Source: Eledone cirrhosa (Eukaryota). Taken from it: DNA of 64,000 nucleotides. The translations under genes were made by a program, and so were the position numbers. Position 1 is the first letter of the stretch; the number at the start of each line of letters is the position of its first letter. Below the pieces are notes generated by a model. The model was not told the origin of the DNA. It was given only the letters and a program-made list of their open reading frames with translations, and searched no databases. The stretch covers positions 18,910,001 to 18,974,000 of the forward strand of contig OZ024745.1 of assembly GCA_964016885.1 (NCBI GenBank), given 5' to 3'. Positions 25,795 through 40,199 of this stretch are shown here, one piece after another.

Positions 25795-27172
25795 TAAGCT
25801 GGAATCCGGCCTCGGATCAGCAAATAAACTTTTCTGGCAGACGATCCACCGACTTCGTAATAAGAAGTCCACCTCCACACCTGCTATCAAGAATGCGTTG
25901 GGATTGTCCTCTCTTCGGAGAGGTGCATCCTCGCGAGGTGGAGAGAATACTTTGCTGATCTCTTAGACCCGATCACAACAGCATCTTAGGATTTTCACGA
26001 GGTACATCTGGGAGCGATGACTAATCTCTCAGAGTTTGAGGTCACAAAAGCAGTTAAAGAGTTCAAATGTGAGCTAGGCTGCTGGGGAAGATGAAATCCA
26101 GCCCGATATGTTAAAAGTCTTAAATAGAGAAGGCATTCAATGGCTGACTCATGTGTTCTGGGTGGCCTGGATATCTGAAAAGGCACCTGAGACATGACAA
26201 TCGGGTGTGATAATCCTAATTTTCAAAATGAGGGACAAGAGAGATTGTTCCAATTACAGGGGATCTCCTTTTTAAGCTTCCCCGGTAAAATCTATGGTAA
26301 GTGTTTGGCATAGAGATGCAGGGATATTGTCGAGTCCAAGCTAGCTGATGGACAGTGCTGTTTTTCCCCGGACGCAGGTTTTCGAGAAATTGTGAGAGTA
26401 TTGCCAAGAGGTATATTTTTGTTTTGTCTGGAGCAGGACAACCGACCAAATATTCACGTTGCAGAAGGTCTTCAAGAAATTGTGGAAGTGTTGCCAAGAG
26501 ATGTATGCTTATTTCGTGGACAAGGAAAAGACATACACCACGATCCGAACGAATGGTTGTGGATGGCTCTGCAAGAGTATGGGATCCATGGACAGCTTCT
26601 TATTGCCTTGAAGTCCCTATAGGAATGTCCTAGTATTTGTGTTTGTATAAATTGTGCTAAGTCAAAACCATTCAATGTGGGTATCAGACTCCTCCAGAGA
26701 TGCGTACTATCACCTTTCTTGTTCCTGACCCTCATGAATTCGGAGTTCATGCCTTCCATTACTTTGGTCTTGAATTGTGGGTAATGAGCGAAAGAATACG
26801 ATCACGAATGCATGCAACTAAAATGGGTTTCCTCCGAACGGTCATTGGAGTGGCGTTACGTGATAAAGAGCGTAACTCGGAGATCAACGAGTCACTTCAG
26901 GGAGGCTGCTACTTCTCCGAATTGAGAGATCACAGATCCGATACTACAGATATGTGGTTAGAATGTCGAAGAAACAATTGCTGAATAAATTTTACGGGCA
27001 AAACCAGTTGGTAGAAGGCCCAGGTTTAGACCCCCAAGTAAAATTGTTGGATAACATCCATGAGCTTGGCAGATATCACATAGAAATCTAGCCTGATCAG
27101 TTGAAGAAGGCTGCATCTGACATGACCCACTGGAAAGAGTGTTTGAGGTCTCTACCACCACGACCCTGCCAT
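25795..27172 (+). mobile_element. Decayed RTE-clade LINE (Rex3/Expander-like), internally deleted
   Basis: SANKLFWQTIHRLR, AAGEDEI.PDMLK, KRDCSNYRGIS, LQEYGIHGQLL, ELWVMSERIRSRMHATKMGFLR. Confidence 0.8.
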
Positions 27173-27284
27173 CAATAAATGGAAAAAGAAGAAAACGAAG
27201 AACTATTTCAACACATTTATGTGTGAATATATATTATATATATTTTAAATCAACCAACATTTTCTAATTAAATAAATACACACG

Positions 27285-27377
<93 letters not shown>

Positions 27378-27485
27378 TCATCATCATCATCATCGTAATA
27401 TATGTATATATATATGTATATATATATATTGAACATATATATATATCATCATGATCGTAATATATGTATATATATATATATTGAA

Positions 27486-27533
<48 letters not shown>

Positions 27534-28103
27534 AACATCTAGAGTGCTGGAGGGCCGTATTGAAAGTATTTTAGAAAAAGCACTGCGGTAGATAATTAGC
27601 GCCTTTCAAATTGAAAATAATGTAAATCTACCTGTGAATGTGATTTATTGTTCAAGCACTATATTGTTTATACATAAATCAGTCTTATTATTCTCTCCTG
27701 CTTCTTCTACTTGTTGTTGCTGTTCTTGTACTAATAATTCTTCTTTTTTTTTCTTTCCTTCTTCATCTTCATATTGTTTCTCTTTGCCGTCGTCCTCTTC
27801 TTCGTGTATTTTCGTTCATGTTAGTCTTTTTGCTGTTTCTTATCTTCGTTAACATTGTTGTTGATACTCACTTGACAAATATATACACTCACAGTATATA
27901 TCTTTTCAAATATCAACTTTTGGTTTTCTGTTTGTTTGGGGATGGGGGTTGCTTTATATTTGTTTGTTGATGTTTTTTTGTTGTTGTTTTTTTTTCATTT
28001 TTTCTAATTAAAAAATTCATTTAAATATAGAAATTATAATGTTTAATTCCTGCAATCACACACACACACACACACACACTTTCTTTCTCTCTCTTTCTCT
28101 CTC

Positions 28104-28146
<43 letters not shown>

Positions 28147-29439
28147 TTTGTTGCTTCTGACAGGACCCGCTGGAAGGATTGTTTAAGGACTCTGTCCCCT
28201 CACCCACTCAAGAAAGAAGAAGAAGAAGAAGAAGAAGAAGAAGAAGAAGAAGAAGAAGAAGAAGAAGAAGAAGAAGAAGAAGAAGAAGAAGAAGAAGAAG
28301 AAGAAGAAGAAGAAGAAGAAGAAGAAACATTTGTGTTATATCAAATTACTTTACTGGGATTAGATATCTAAGACTTATATTACTTAAACAGCTTACATTG
28401 ATGAGATGTTTATTAAAATTCTTGTAATAGTTATGGGATGCCGGGGAATGGATATGTATCAATATTATGAAAAACCTAACTGTATGATACTGTGATATTA
28501 TTCTGCCATTTACGTTCTGAGTTTAAACCCCACCGGAGTTAGCTTTGCTTTTCATCCTTACGAGGTCTATAAAATAAAGCACCAGTAATGAACTGAGGTG
28601 ATTTGATAGACTTTCCCTTCCCCTCAAATTGCTGGCCTTGTGCCTACAGTGAAACCAATTATTATATAGAATAACTTCCATATCCTCGGGAATGTTTGGG
28701 AATCCTGCCACTCATCAAAGCCAATCATGAGTCAATCTCTAGTCAATCCTGTATTAGTCCTGTGCTTTAAGAATTTCAAATATGATGAGTAAATTGACTA
28801 ATTATGAGTATAAAAGAACGTGAAGTAATACCAGTTTTGTATCTCCTTTCTATTGTCAAGACAACTAGTAATCCTCTATTCAATCTCTCCCTAACTCCAT
28901 TCTTGCAATTTTCTTTTGGAAAGCGGGTGCTGCCAATTACTATATGTCCATGTATGTATGAAGGCGGGTGGCTTAGTGGTTAGAGGATTGAGCTTGCAAT
29001 CGAAAGGTTATGAGTTCAATTCTCGGACCGGGTGATGTGTTGTTTCCTTGAGTAAGACACTTTATTTCACGTTGCTCCAGTTTACTCAGCAGTAGAAATG
29101 AGATGATAGGACTGGGGTCCCTATCATTAAATTACCGAAGACACCTCCAACAACGAGATATACCTTGGAGGAGGCCAGCTAAACCTGCATAGGTGTGAGC
29201 TGTCACACACACATGTTTATTTGTATTTAGGCATAGGTTTATGTATGTGTGTGTACCTTGTCGTGTATATATATATACACACAAAGGTACACACACACAT
29301 AAATACATTTATGCACATGCATAAATACTTACAAACATAGAATCATATATGTGCTTATGTATATATGTGTATGTGTGCAAAGTGTAATATGCAAATAAAA
29401 TTTTTACGTATGTTGCAACACTGACTTCGGCTCTTTTAA

Positions 29440-29551
<112 letters not shown>

Positions 29552-30725
29552 TTGTGTGTGTGTGTGTATATACATATTTACATAAGCTGAAGTAGATTCC
29601 AGTTGTTACTGACTCAGTTCATGTCCATTTCCATAAAACCACCCGATCATTAAATAAGATAACTTACATTGAGCACGTTTGTCCGTTCGTGCAGTAAATT
29701 AATATGTTCCGATATTTATCTGGATACGAGATACGAGAGGTTTATCCTGCATGTTCAGGAAACAATTCATACATTTAATGGACAATATTCAATAAAACTG
29801 AAATATTAAATTCAAGTAGTTAACTGTACGTTTTATGCATTTTCTTTTAAGATTTAGACATTGAAAGGAGTTGAACTCTTTGAGGATCTCATTTCGAGTG
29901 TGATTTTTTTGTATTGTGTGTGTGTGTTTTTAGATAATCTTTAGTTAGACTTTCATATCATCATAGGTTTTGATGTACACCTAATATTGTGAGGATGAAG
30001 AATTTCTACATTTGCAGTAATAATTAAACTATATTTAAACTGCCTACGTCATCCCATTAGTCCAAGACAATCATACGTAGCTGTATGGTTTGTTCCACAA
30101 CTATATATTGCTTCAGCTTAGCTCTCGCTGTACGCCATCTTAGAAAAGCTTCTTATAATAACTGTTTCTATTTTTGGCACACGGCCAGCAATTACCCCCA
30201 CTGTATTACTGGTACTTTATTTTATCAATAGGTTTATCAATACCTTGAGAGTACAATTTAGCAAAGAAAAACTGTACAAAAGTACCTTGAATATGCAGGT
30301 GTCTGTATTTATGTTTACACCGAGCTATAACTCAGTATATTTTCTTAAATATTTTATTAGTTTCTTTATATCCTGGAACTGCGTGGGTCGACAACTAAAA
30401 GATCAATAAAGTATAACTTACCAGACTGTAACAAGTAATGGCATCGATATGATTGACTAAACTCTACACCAGTGTAGCATGGCCGCATGGAGCCAATAAA
30501 ATAATTTAAGTGATTTTTTTTTTTTTTGTAAAGTTTCAGTTTTATGTGAGAAACTGATTTTTTGCTCTCTTTTGGGTAAAATTCATTATTTTACACATCA
30601 CATTAAATTGTCTCCAAAGTGTATTAAAATTTTTCATTATAATTCTGAAAAAGTTTTAACATTAAAGTTTAATCTCTACCCCATGGCTAGATTGTGTGTT
30701 TCAAGATATAGTATTTATTATCTGA

Positions 30726-30756
<31 letters not shown>

Positions 30757-30784
<28 letters not shown>

Positions 30785-31312
30785 CTTCTTCTTCTTCTTC
30801 TTCTTCTTCTTCTTCTTTGTCATCTTCTTTTACTTTTTCTTCTTCGCCCACCAATTCCTGGGGACAGAGTCCACAAACACTCCCTCTAGCGAGTCCTGTC
30901 AGAAGCAGCCGTCTCAAATTGATCAGGCTGGATCCCCAAGCGAGACCAGCTAAACTGATGGATGTTCTCCAACCATTATGCTCATGATCTGCTCCTAGTT
31001 CTCCTGTTGGTTGGTTTGGCTCGTAAAATCTGTCCAGCGATTCTTTCATGAGATATTCTAACCTCATGTCCGTAGTGTTGGAGCTGTGATTTCTCAATTC
31101 GGAGAAATAGCGTCTCTATCTGGAGTGACTCTCTGAACTCCGAGCTACACACTCTATCGAGTAACGTTAATCCAAAGACCCTTCGGAGGAACCCCATTTC
31201 GGTCGCTTGTATTTGCGATCGTATTCCTTTGGTCATTACCCAAGGTTAATGACCATATGTAAGGGTTGGTATGAATCCCGAATTGAAGATAGCGAGCTTG
31301 GCTTGTATCTGA
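30757..31312 (-). mobile_element. RTE (Rex3-like) 3' fragment with (GAA)n tail; related ends at 28148-28326 (+) and 31746-31985 (-)
   Basis: MTKGIRSQIQATEMGFLRRV.GLTLLDRV.SSE.RESLQIE.L.LRIEKSQL; abuts (CTT)n. Confidence 0.8.
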
Positions 31313-31744
31313 TACTGATGATTTAAATAAATATACAGAAGTACCAACCCAATTTCCCTGTCTTCCTCACTGACTGGAACAAGAGATCTATATTGTGAAA
31401 CCACAAGAATTCATGAAAGTTACTGAAGCGGGATTAATAAGTAAGTCTAATGCATCTAACCGATCTCTCTATCTTGGAGAATCTAAGAAACCGAATGGAA
31501 TATAAATCTATCAATATAACACAGTTCTATATTTTCAAAGATTGATACGGTGTTAACATTCTTCGAATGGTGGGATATATTCCTCTTACCACACCATTAT
31601 GATATATATTTTTTACAAGCCAGGCCTCGGGGAGGGAGTTCTAATCTACCCCTACTTTTGCATTTAAGCCAGTTATTAAAATGACGTTCTAATCTTATGT
31701 CTGATAGAAACACTCTTTGTCCACATATCATATAACAACGGTAG

Positions 31745-31775
<31 letters not shown>

Positions 31776-32261
31776 CTTCTTCTTCTTCTTCTTCTTCTTC
31801 CAGAGAGGGCCATGACGACAGAGTCCTCAAATACTCCTTCTAGCAGGTCTTTCAGAAGCAACCGTGGATCCCCAAGCGAGGCCAGCCAAGCTCATAGATG
31901 TTATCCAACCATCTTGCTCAGGGTCTACCCCCTGGGTCTCCTACCGATTGGTTTTGCCCGTAAAATCTGTCCAGTGATTCTATCCTAAGACTCGCTGTAA
32001 ATATACAACAACGGTGGTGTATAAGCAATTAGTAGCCTGACATAATGGTTCCCAACAAGACAATTTCAATGTGGTATTAAAGGTTCGCGTTTCTAACTGA
32101 TATTTAAATCAACTGACTGTTCCACATAGCAAAGCTAATACAGTGAAGTCTTTAGATATTACTGATCAGTTGCACAAGGCTATGTGAGAGTCTTGGGGGA
32201 AGAGAAAGGGGGGTATCTATCTATCTATTTCGATCTCTCTCTATATATATCTATATATCTG

Positions 32262-32311
<50 letters not shown>

Positions 32312-32320
<9 letters not shown>

Positions 32321-33841
32321 CACCATTTGCAACGCGCAGCCATCATTATTATCATATTTACACATAATTTTTCTTCTGCTGCCACCCGTCTGTTTCGTTC
32401 TTTGTACCTTTTACCCTTTCTCGTTCTTTGTACCTTTTACCCTTTCTAGCAGTCTCTCTCTCTGTTAGCCTCCTCCTCAACTTTCACTCACGCATTCTCT
32501 GTCACTACCTCTCCTCCTCCTCTTTCCTCCTCCTCCTTCAAGTTTGACCTGTGTGTAATTCTTTTCTCGCGCGGTCTTGGTCAAGCTGGTATGGAATTTT
32601 TTTCTCTCTCTCTCTTTCGTCTGCGACTTCACAAAACTTATGTTTACCGAATTCGTAGACCAGACCCCTTCTTCTTCTTCTTCTTCTTCTTCTTCTTCTT
32701 CTTCTTCTTCTTCTTCTTCTTCTTCTTCTTCTTCTTCTTCTTCTCCCCCCCCCCCCCGTTAGACCTGTGCGAAATTCCTTCCTTGCTCACATTTCAACCA
32801 GGTTTGATGGTCTTTTGTCTCTTATTCACGATTTCACCGAGTTTATATTCATAGAGATCTGGGACTTGTCTATTTCTTCTCACTTTCCGTTGCTTAAACC
32901 ATTTTGTTTGTTACCCTAACGTCCCCTTTATTTACGTGTCCCAACGACTTTTTTAAGCCGTTGTTCGCACCAACCAGAGGCATATGGCCCTTAAAGCGAT
33001 GAAATGCCTGGGACGGTTGGAGGGTCACTGATGAAGGACTTACTTTTTCATATGCACCACCATTTGCAACGCGCAGCCATCATTATTATCATATTTACAC
33101 ATAATTTTTCTTCTGCTGCCACACGTCTGTTTCGTTCTTTGTACCTTTTACCCTTTCTCGTTCTTTGTACCTTTTACCCTTTCTAGCAGTCTCTCTCTCT
33201 GTTAGCCTCTTCCTCAACTTTCACTCACTCATTCTCTGTCACTACCTCTCCTCCTCCTCTTTCCTCCTCCTCCTTCAAGTTTGACCTGTGTGTAATTCTT
33301 TTCTCGCGCGGTCTTGGTCAAGCTGTTATGGAATTTTTTTCTCTCTCTCTCTTTCGTCTGCGACTTCACAAAACTTATGTTTACCGAATTCGTAGACCAG
33401 ACCCCTTCTTCTTCTTCTTCATCTTCCTCTTCTTCTTCTTCTTCTTCTTCTTCTTCTTCTTCTTCTTCTTCTTCTTCTTCTTCTTCTTCTTTTTCTTGCC
33501 CCCCCCCCCCCGTTAAACCTGTGCGAAATTCCTTCCTTGCTCACATTTCAACCAGGTTTAATGGTCTTTTGTCTCTTGTTCACGATTTCACCGAGTTTAT
33601 ATTCATAGAGATCTGGGACTTGTCTATTTCTTCTCACTTTCCGTTGCCTAAACCATTTTGTTTGTTACCCTAACGTCCCCTTTATTTACGTGTCCCAACG
33701 ACTTGTTTTAGCCGTTGTTCGCACCAACCTGAGGCATATGGCCCTTAAAGCGATGAAATGCCTGGGACGGTTGGAGGGTCACTGATGAAGGACTTACTTT
33801 TTCATATGCGCCACCATTTGCAACGCGCAGCCATCATTATT

Positions 33842-33846
<5 letters not shown>
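32312..33846. repeat. Tandem ~740-755-bp duplication (2 units + ~40 bp) between (TA)n tracts
   Basis: ATATGC.CCACCATTTGCAACGCGCAGCC at 32312, 33051 and 33805. Confidence 0.9.
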
Positions 33847-33935
<89 letters not shown>

Positions 33936-33953
33936 TGTATGTATAAATATATA

Positions 33954-34027
<74 letters not shown>

Positions 34028-35382
34028 GATTACAAATATATATACATATATATGTGCGTGTGTGGGTGTGTGCTTATAAATCTAAATACATTAAGACATA
34101 CATCCTAAATGTATATATGGGAATACATGGGAATACACAACTACATGTACATACGCTCACAATATACAGCTACAGATAAATGTTTCTGAATGTATAAACA
34201 TGTTTATGAAGACGGAATGTGTGCACAAGTTCAGAGTAATGACAAATATAATAAATCACTTAGCATTCTTCAAAAATGTAGCTACTTGAAAAATCATAAC
34301 AACCATAATGGAGGTATTTCTCTACTATTTCTATCAATAGATCTTCCAAACAGCCATTATCAACGGAATGTACCCCTAATTTAGTTAAATTGTTTTAGTT
34401 ACTTTCATCTATGTTGGCTCCGTCGAGTCTGAAATAAGTGTTTTACAGAAATGGATGTTTACGAAGCCTCACATCTAAAAAGTAATTTTGATATACTGGA
34501 GTATTTTGACAAATAAACCATATATACATCAAAGTATAATTAGCCTCGCTATGTAAGAATGGATTGGAGGTTAAGACCTTCGTTTAGAAAACGAATACGC
34601 TAAGAGCTCTGGCAAGGTCTCAAGTACGTCCGAAACGTGAGATGAAATCTATACTAAGGTTTCTCGCTTATATCTGAACTGATACCAGTGATTATCAGTC
34701 GTTTAAATGGATATGAAATTTGGTTTCTTAAATTAGATTTCGTAACAATCACGTTTTAATCAAAAAACAAAATTAGAATTTGGTTTTTCGTTCTAACATA
34801 GCGGATACGTAAATGCATTCGTGAGTTTGTCAAGATTGTGTATCTCTCTTCTGTCAGTCACTAGAACTCTTGAGAATATATAGTATTCTCTAAAGTATTC
34901 ATCGGCTGATTAGCCTAATTTGCATACCAAATGATTTTTACGATACACAATCTTGACAAAGTGCAATAACCCAGAAACAATATTGTCAATTGTTTCTCTC
35001 CGCTAGAACAAACAGATGGCGATGATCATCTAAAAGTCATAGCATAATAAGGCTGTTTGCTTGCAAACGAATCAAATATTGTTATTATTCGATATAAAGC
35101 TCATGAATGCAAGTTTTAATCATTTGGCATATATAATAATTATGCTTATCTAGTTAGATTATATAAGTGTATATTTAAATATTTATATAGACTCTCCCGT
35201 CAAAAACGGCCTATAAGCGCCCAGTTGTACGATTAACTGAACGGCCTACTCATGGCATTAGCATGCAAATTGGCAGAGCATTCCACAAACACGGATACCC
35301 TAAATGTAATTAATTCTCATGTGGAATTAGCTATCACAGTGTGACAAGATTGTAATTTTGAATTACAGCTGCAGTTCACCTG

Positions 35383-35768
35383 ACGGGCTGCCATACATTT
35401 TCTATCTACCCAGTTTTACGGGCTTCCCTACACTTTCTATCTACCCAGTTTTACGGGCTTCCCTACATTTTCTATCTACCCAGTTTTACGGGCTTCCCTA
35501 CACTTTCTATCTACCCAGTTTTACGGGCTTCCCTACATTTTCTATCTACCCAGTTTTACGGGCTTCCCTACACTTTCTATCTACCCAGTTTTACGGGCTT
35601 CCCTGCACTTTCTATCTACCCAGTTTTACGGGCTTCCCTACACTTTCTATCTACCCAGTTTTACGGGCTTCCCTGCATTTTCTATCTACCCAGTTTTACG
35701 GGCTTCCCTACACTTTCTATCTACCCAGTTTTACGGGCTTCCCTACACTTTCTATCTACCCAGTTTTA
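35383..35768. repeat. 35-bp minisatellite, ~11 near-identical copies
   Basis: ACGGGCTTCCCTACACTTTCTATCTACCCAGTTTT. Confidence 0.95.
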
Positions 35769-37517
35769 CTCTCAAGGATTGAGTCGAACTGATGCTATGA
35801 TAAAATACGTTTGCTCGAAATGACACGCAGTGAGACCGAACACTGAACCTCATGAATACATATAGAATTCTTTAACTATTCGGTTATACCCGTATCCATG
35901 ATGAACATAAGATTAGACTCTCGGTGTATATGCATCATAGTTGATGCCATTGAAATAAAAAAATGATCCCTGTGGCGGCGTTAAACCACGTGAAGGAGCG
36001 TGAAAGATTAAGTCTGGCAACCAAAAAATAGGAACCATTCGTCCTACCAAACAATGTTTTTCTAAATGTTTCACTTACAAGACTTCGTTTAACCCTACAC
36101 TAAAGTAGAAAACACTTTCCCAATGCCCTCTGCTGTGTGGACGTAACAGAAAACACGTAGCTACGAAGCGAAATTGTTAACCATACAGCGAGACATACTC
36201 CTATGAAAAAGCTTAGTAAGAATTAACTATATAAAACATAAACAGTTCCAAGCAAAATAAGAACCGTCGTCGTTTCGGATTGTAGACGGAATCACTAAAC
36301 ATGTATCATCTATTATCTTTCTAACGTTTTATGTGAATGCCACTTCTAAACAATGTCAGTTATTGATGTTGGTTGCGGTTATGAATACATGTTTGTGTGT
36401 TTGTTTGGGCGTGCGCAAGAGAGTGCCTGTTTCTGCATGCGTGCGTATGTGTGTGTGCACGCATATGTCTATGCATGTATATATATATATATGTGTGAGC
36501 ATTTCTATGGACCTCTGTCTATGAGTATGAGCATACATCTGTGTGCGTATACATGAATGTATGAGCCATTGTTTTCGTATGTCTCTGCATATCTGTATGT
36601 CGTATTGTAACATTAGAAGTCTGTGTGTGCATGCAACGTTGTTTTCTATATGTACGCATGTGTATTCCTATATATGTATATATTTGTATGCATATTTTCT
36701 AATGCGTGTGATCTTCTCAACACGCAAATATATCTCATATGTCAAAATATTAAAGCAAACTCTTGCATTTAAATATCAATATTGTCTTCCATATTTATAT
36801 CTTTCCTTCAGGAAAATCTTGATGTTCTCTGCAGCTTTCACTCTTCCATCTATTGTTTTCATCCAGCTTTTCTCTTTCTATAACCGTGCCTATCTTTATG
36901 TCTATCTTTATGTCTTCATATATTTATGGCTTCTTCATACAACTATGTATTCTTATCTGCAATGTTTCATATCTTTACGCCAGCCTATATTTCTGTTGGT
37001 CTCTCTACTTATCATTCCGCTGAAGCTATAATAAGATTTCTCTGCCGATGGGACCAAGGAAATTCACTACCCCCCTCCTCTCACCTCACCACCAATCTTT
37101 CAAACAGATTTTTCTTGTTTGTTTTGTCTTTACATTCCGTTCTGTTCTTTATCCGTTTATCTCGCTCACCGGTTTTTATTCTTCGTCTGTTTCAATCCAG
37201 ACATCGTTCATTTATAAAGACATTTTGGGATACCTTTTGTATTATTCGTGACAAAATGCTGAACTACTCTGCTACATTGATACGTGTATGAATACATACA
37301 TATATATATATGTATATATATAACAAAGAAAGTGTGGTAAGGAACCAGGTGGACGATATCACACCAGAGTACTCGATACTTAGGGTAGTAGTGGAGTGGC
37401 TAATAGCAAAAGAGTCAGGCCCTGACGGCTGATCTGCAGCCGTTTCGACAGCTAGATCTAGTTCAGATCTAGCTGTCGAAACGACCGGAGCTCAGCCGTC
37501 GGGGTCCTGACTCTTTT

Positions 37518-37602
<85 letters not shown>

Positions 37603-37702
37603 AAGCATATAATGGTGAAACTGGTACTACGATTAAATGCGGAAATCCCCACTTTATAAATAAATGTTTTGATATTATAATTCTTTTCCTTTATACTATT
37701 TG

Positions 37703-37737
<35 letters not shown>

Positions 37738-37826
37738 GTTTTACCAAGGCTAAATATTTAATCTTGTTACTCTGGTGTTTCGCCTGTTTATCACACACAG
37801 AGTCATCAAACTAGAACGACATACGG

Positions 37827-37947
<121 letters not shown>

Positions 37948-38081
37948 TCATAGATTACTTTAAAGCAGTGGTCTGAGATATCACAGAAACTCGGATCTAT
38001 GATAAACACCAATAATTTATACTTTCCATATATAAATATCTGAGGTTTGTGAGCAACGTTACTCCTCTGTCATTGCTAACA

Positions 38082-38530
38082 AGCTCTATAGGTTGCATAA
38101 GATCTATAGGCTTCATAAGATCTATAGGCTGCATAAGCTCTCGAGGCTACATACATAAGCCCTATAGGCTGCATTAGATCTATAGGCTGCATAATGTCTA
38201 TAGGCTACATAAGCCATATAGGCTGCATAAGCTCTATAGGCTACATACATAAGCCCTATAGGCTGCATTAGATCTATAGGCTGCATAAGCTCTATAGGCT
38301 GCATAAGCTCTATAGTCTACATACATAACCTCTATAGGCTGCATTAAATCTATAGCCTGCATAAGCTCTATAGGCTACATAAGCCCTATAGGCTGCATAA
38401 GCTCTATATGCTGCATAAGATCTATAGGCTGCATACATAAGCCCTATAGCCTACATAAGACATATAGGCTGCATTAGATCTATAGGCTACATAAGCTCTG
38501 TAGGTTGCATACATATAAGCCCTATAGGTT
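38082..38530. repeat. 18/22-bp minisatellite
   Basis: CTATAGGCTGCATAAGCT variants, more than 20 copies. Confidence 0.9.
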
Positions 38531-39774
38531 GAGTGGTTAAAAAATTCATTTTTCAATCATAAAGTCCTGTGTTCGATCCCACTGCATAGCATTATGGGTA
38601 AGCGTTTTCGCCATAGCCTCGGGTAACTGAGGGAAACTGTTTAGAAACCCATCGGAATGGTTGCACCTGTAATTTACGGATTTGATCTTGACACCTAGCT
38701 TATGTGTGAGTCACATTCAGAGTACACGTGTATATGGAATATTTAACGGTTTATGCGTTAATTCAACAACCGAATCTTCAGCTGATCGAACAACAGAATG
38801 TTAATCATAAGAACTAACTTATATATTTTATTTAAGATGCTGATGTAATATCTACTCTATCAGGAATCAGAAGATAGTGGAACAAATGACTTGTTCGACT
38901 TCAACTTTCACTTTCACAGAAAATTACAATAATTCTGTCAAAATCAACAATCTCCTCGGAATTATTATTCATAGTTTTTTTTCTTCAGTCATCATCTTCA
39001 AATCATTCGGTTTCATTTCTTCTAAGATTCCTGTAATTTCTGTAACTAATTCTGCATTTTATCTTAACAACTACCACCGCACTTGAAATAAATTTCTGCT
39101 AAGACAGAAATTTAATAAAAGAAATTCTTGAATAATTGTCCTGGTTTTTAAATAACAAAGTAGATTTTTTATACATAAAAAGAACATCGTTTCTTTGTTG
39201 CAGTTTATGTTGTTTTATTATTTGCTGTTGTCTTTTATTTTATTTTTTATTTTATTTTGTTGCTGTTGTTTTGTTGTTGTTGTTTTGTTGTTGTTGTTTT
39301 TTTGTTGTATTTTTGTTATGTTGACGTGAATCAAATTACAGCCATATTTATAAATGCAACACAAAGTCTTCTGACTTTTGATCTTTTTTTATGTCGTTTC
39401 ATAGCGTATAAAGGTTATTGTTAGTGGTTAAAACATTACTCTGTAACATATGATCGGTCACATTCGCATAAAAGCTAGCCTTGCCTCTCACCATTTCTAA
39501 CAAGAGTGGAAAACACTCAGCACAGGAAGAAATACATTTTTATACGCTCGTTAAAATCTCTTAAAATTCCAAGCTTCTGTTGTTACTTTTATATTCAACA
39601 GTCTTTTGGAAATGTTGCAAATACTGTATGTCAGACTGTAGCAGTTCCATACATCTCTAGTTAGACGTTATATCAAATAGATATACTTGCTTATTCCTTA
39701 GTTCGAATCCTAAAAACTTCTTCTCACTTAGTGAAGAATCATACCATATATATATATATGTGTGTGTGTGTGTA

Positions 39775-39885
39775 GGAGGGCACTCCGTCGGTTGCGACGA
39801 CAAGTGTTCCAGTTGATTCGATCAACGGAATTGCCTACTCGTCAAATTAACGTGCAAGTGGCTGAGCATTCCACAAACACGCGCA
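39775..39885. mobile_element. SINE-like interspersed fragment (related pieces at 35190-35375 and 44320-44410)
   Basis: Shared AAATTAACGTGCAAGTGGCTGAGCATTCCACA block. Confidence 0.55.
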
Positions 39886-40134
39886 CTCTATCTACATCGG
39901 AAGATAGAGTTAAAAATAGAAGATAAATAGAAAATAACGAGTGGTGAGAGGAAGGAACGGGGAAAATGAGAAGATAAAACACCCGCTCGTATTCTTGGAG
40001 TTGTACTAGGCAGAGTGTAATATTAATAATTAGTATGGACGAGGTGTCAAATTTCACGATTGATCAGCTCAAGGTTTGATCTCTGTTGATCGGGCCCGAC
40101 TCTGGAATCAAATGCTCATCAGACTTCTGTTTGC

Positions 40135-40199
<65 letters not shown>

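Noticed and set aside
35383-35768. CRISPR-sized 35-bp repeats and ORF 35358-35792
   Set aside because: No spacers; a plain tandem minisatellite in a eukaryotic context.
40040-40128. HHR-like relics here and at 34605-34645, 43414-43456, 50480-50540
   Set aside because: Multiple core or stem mismatches.
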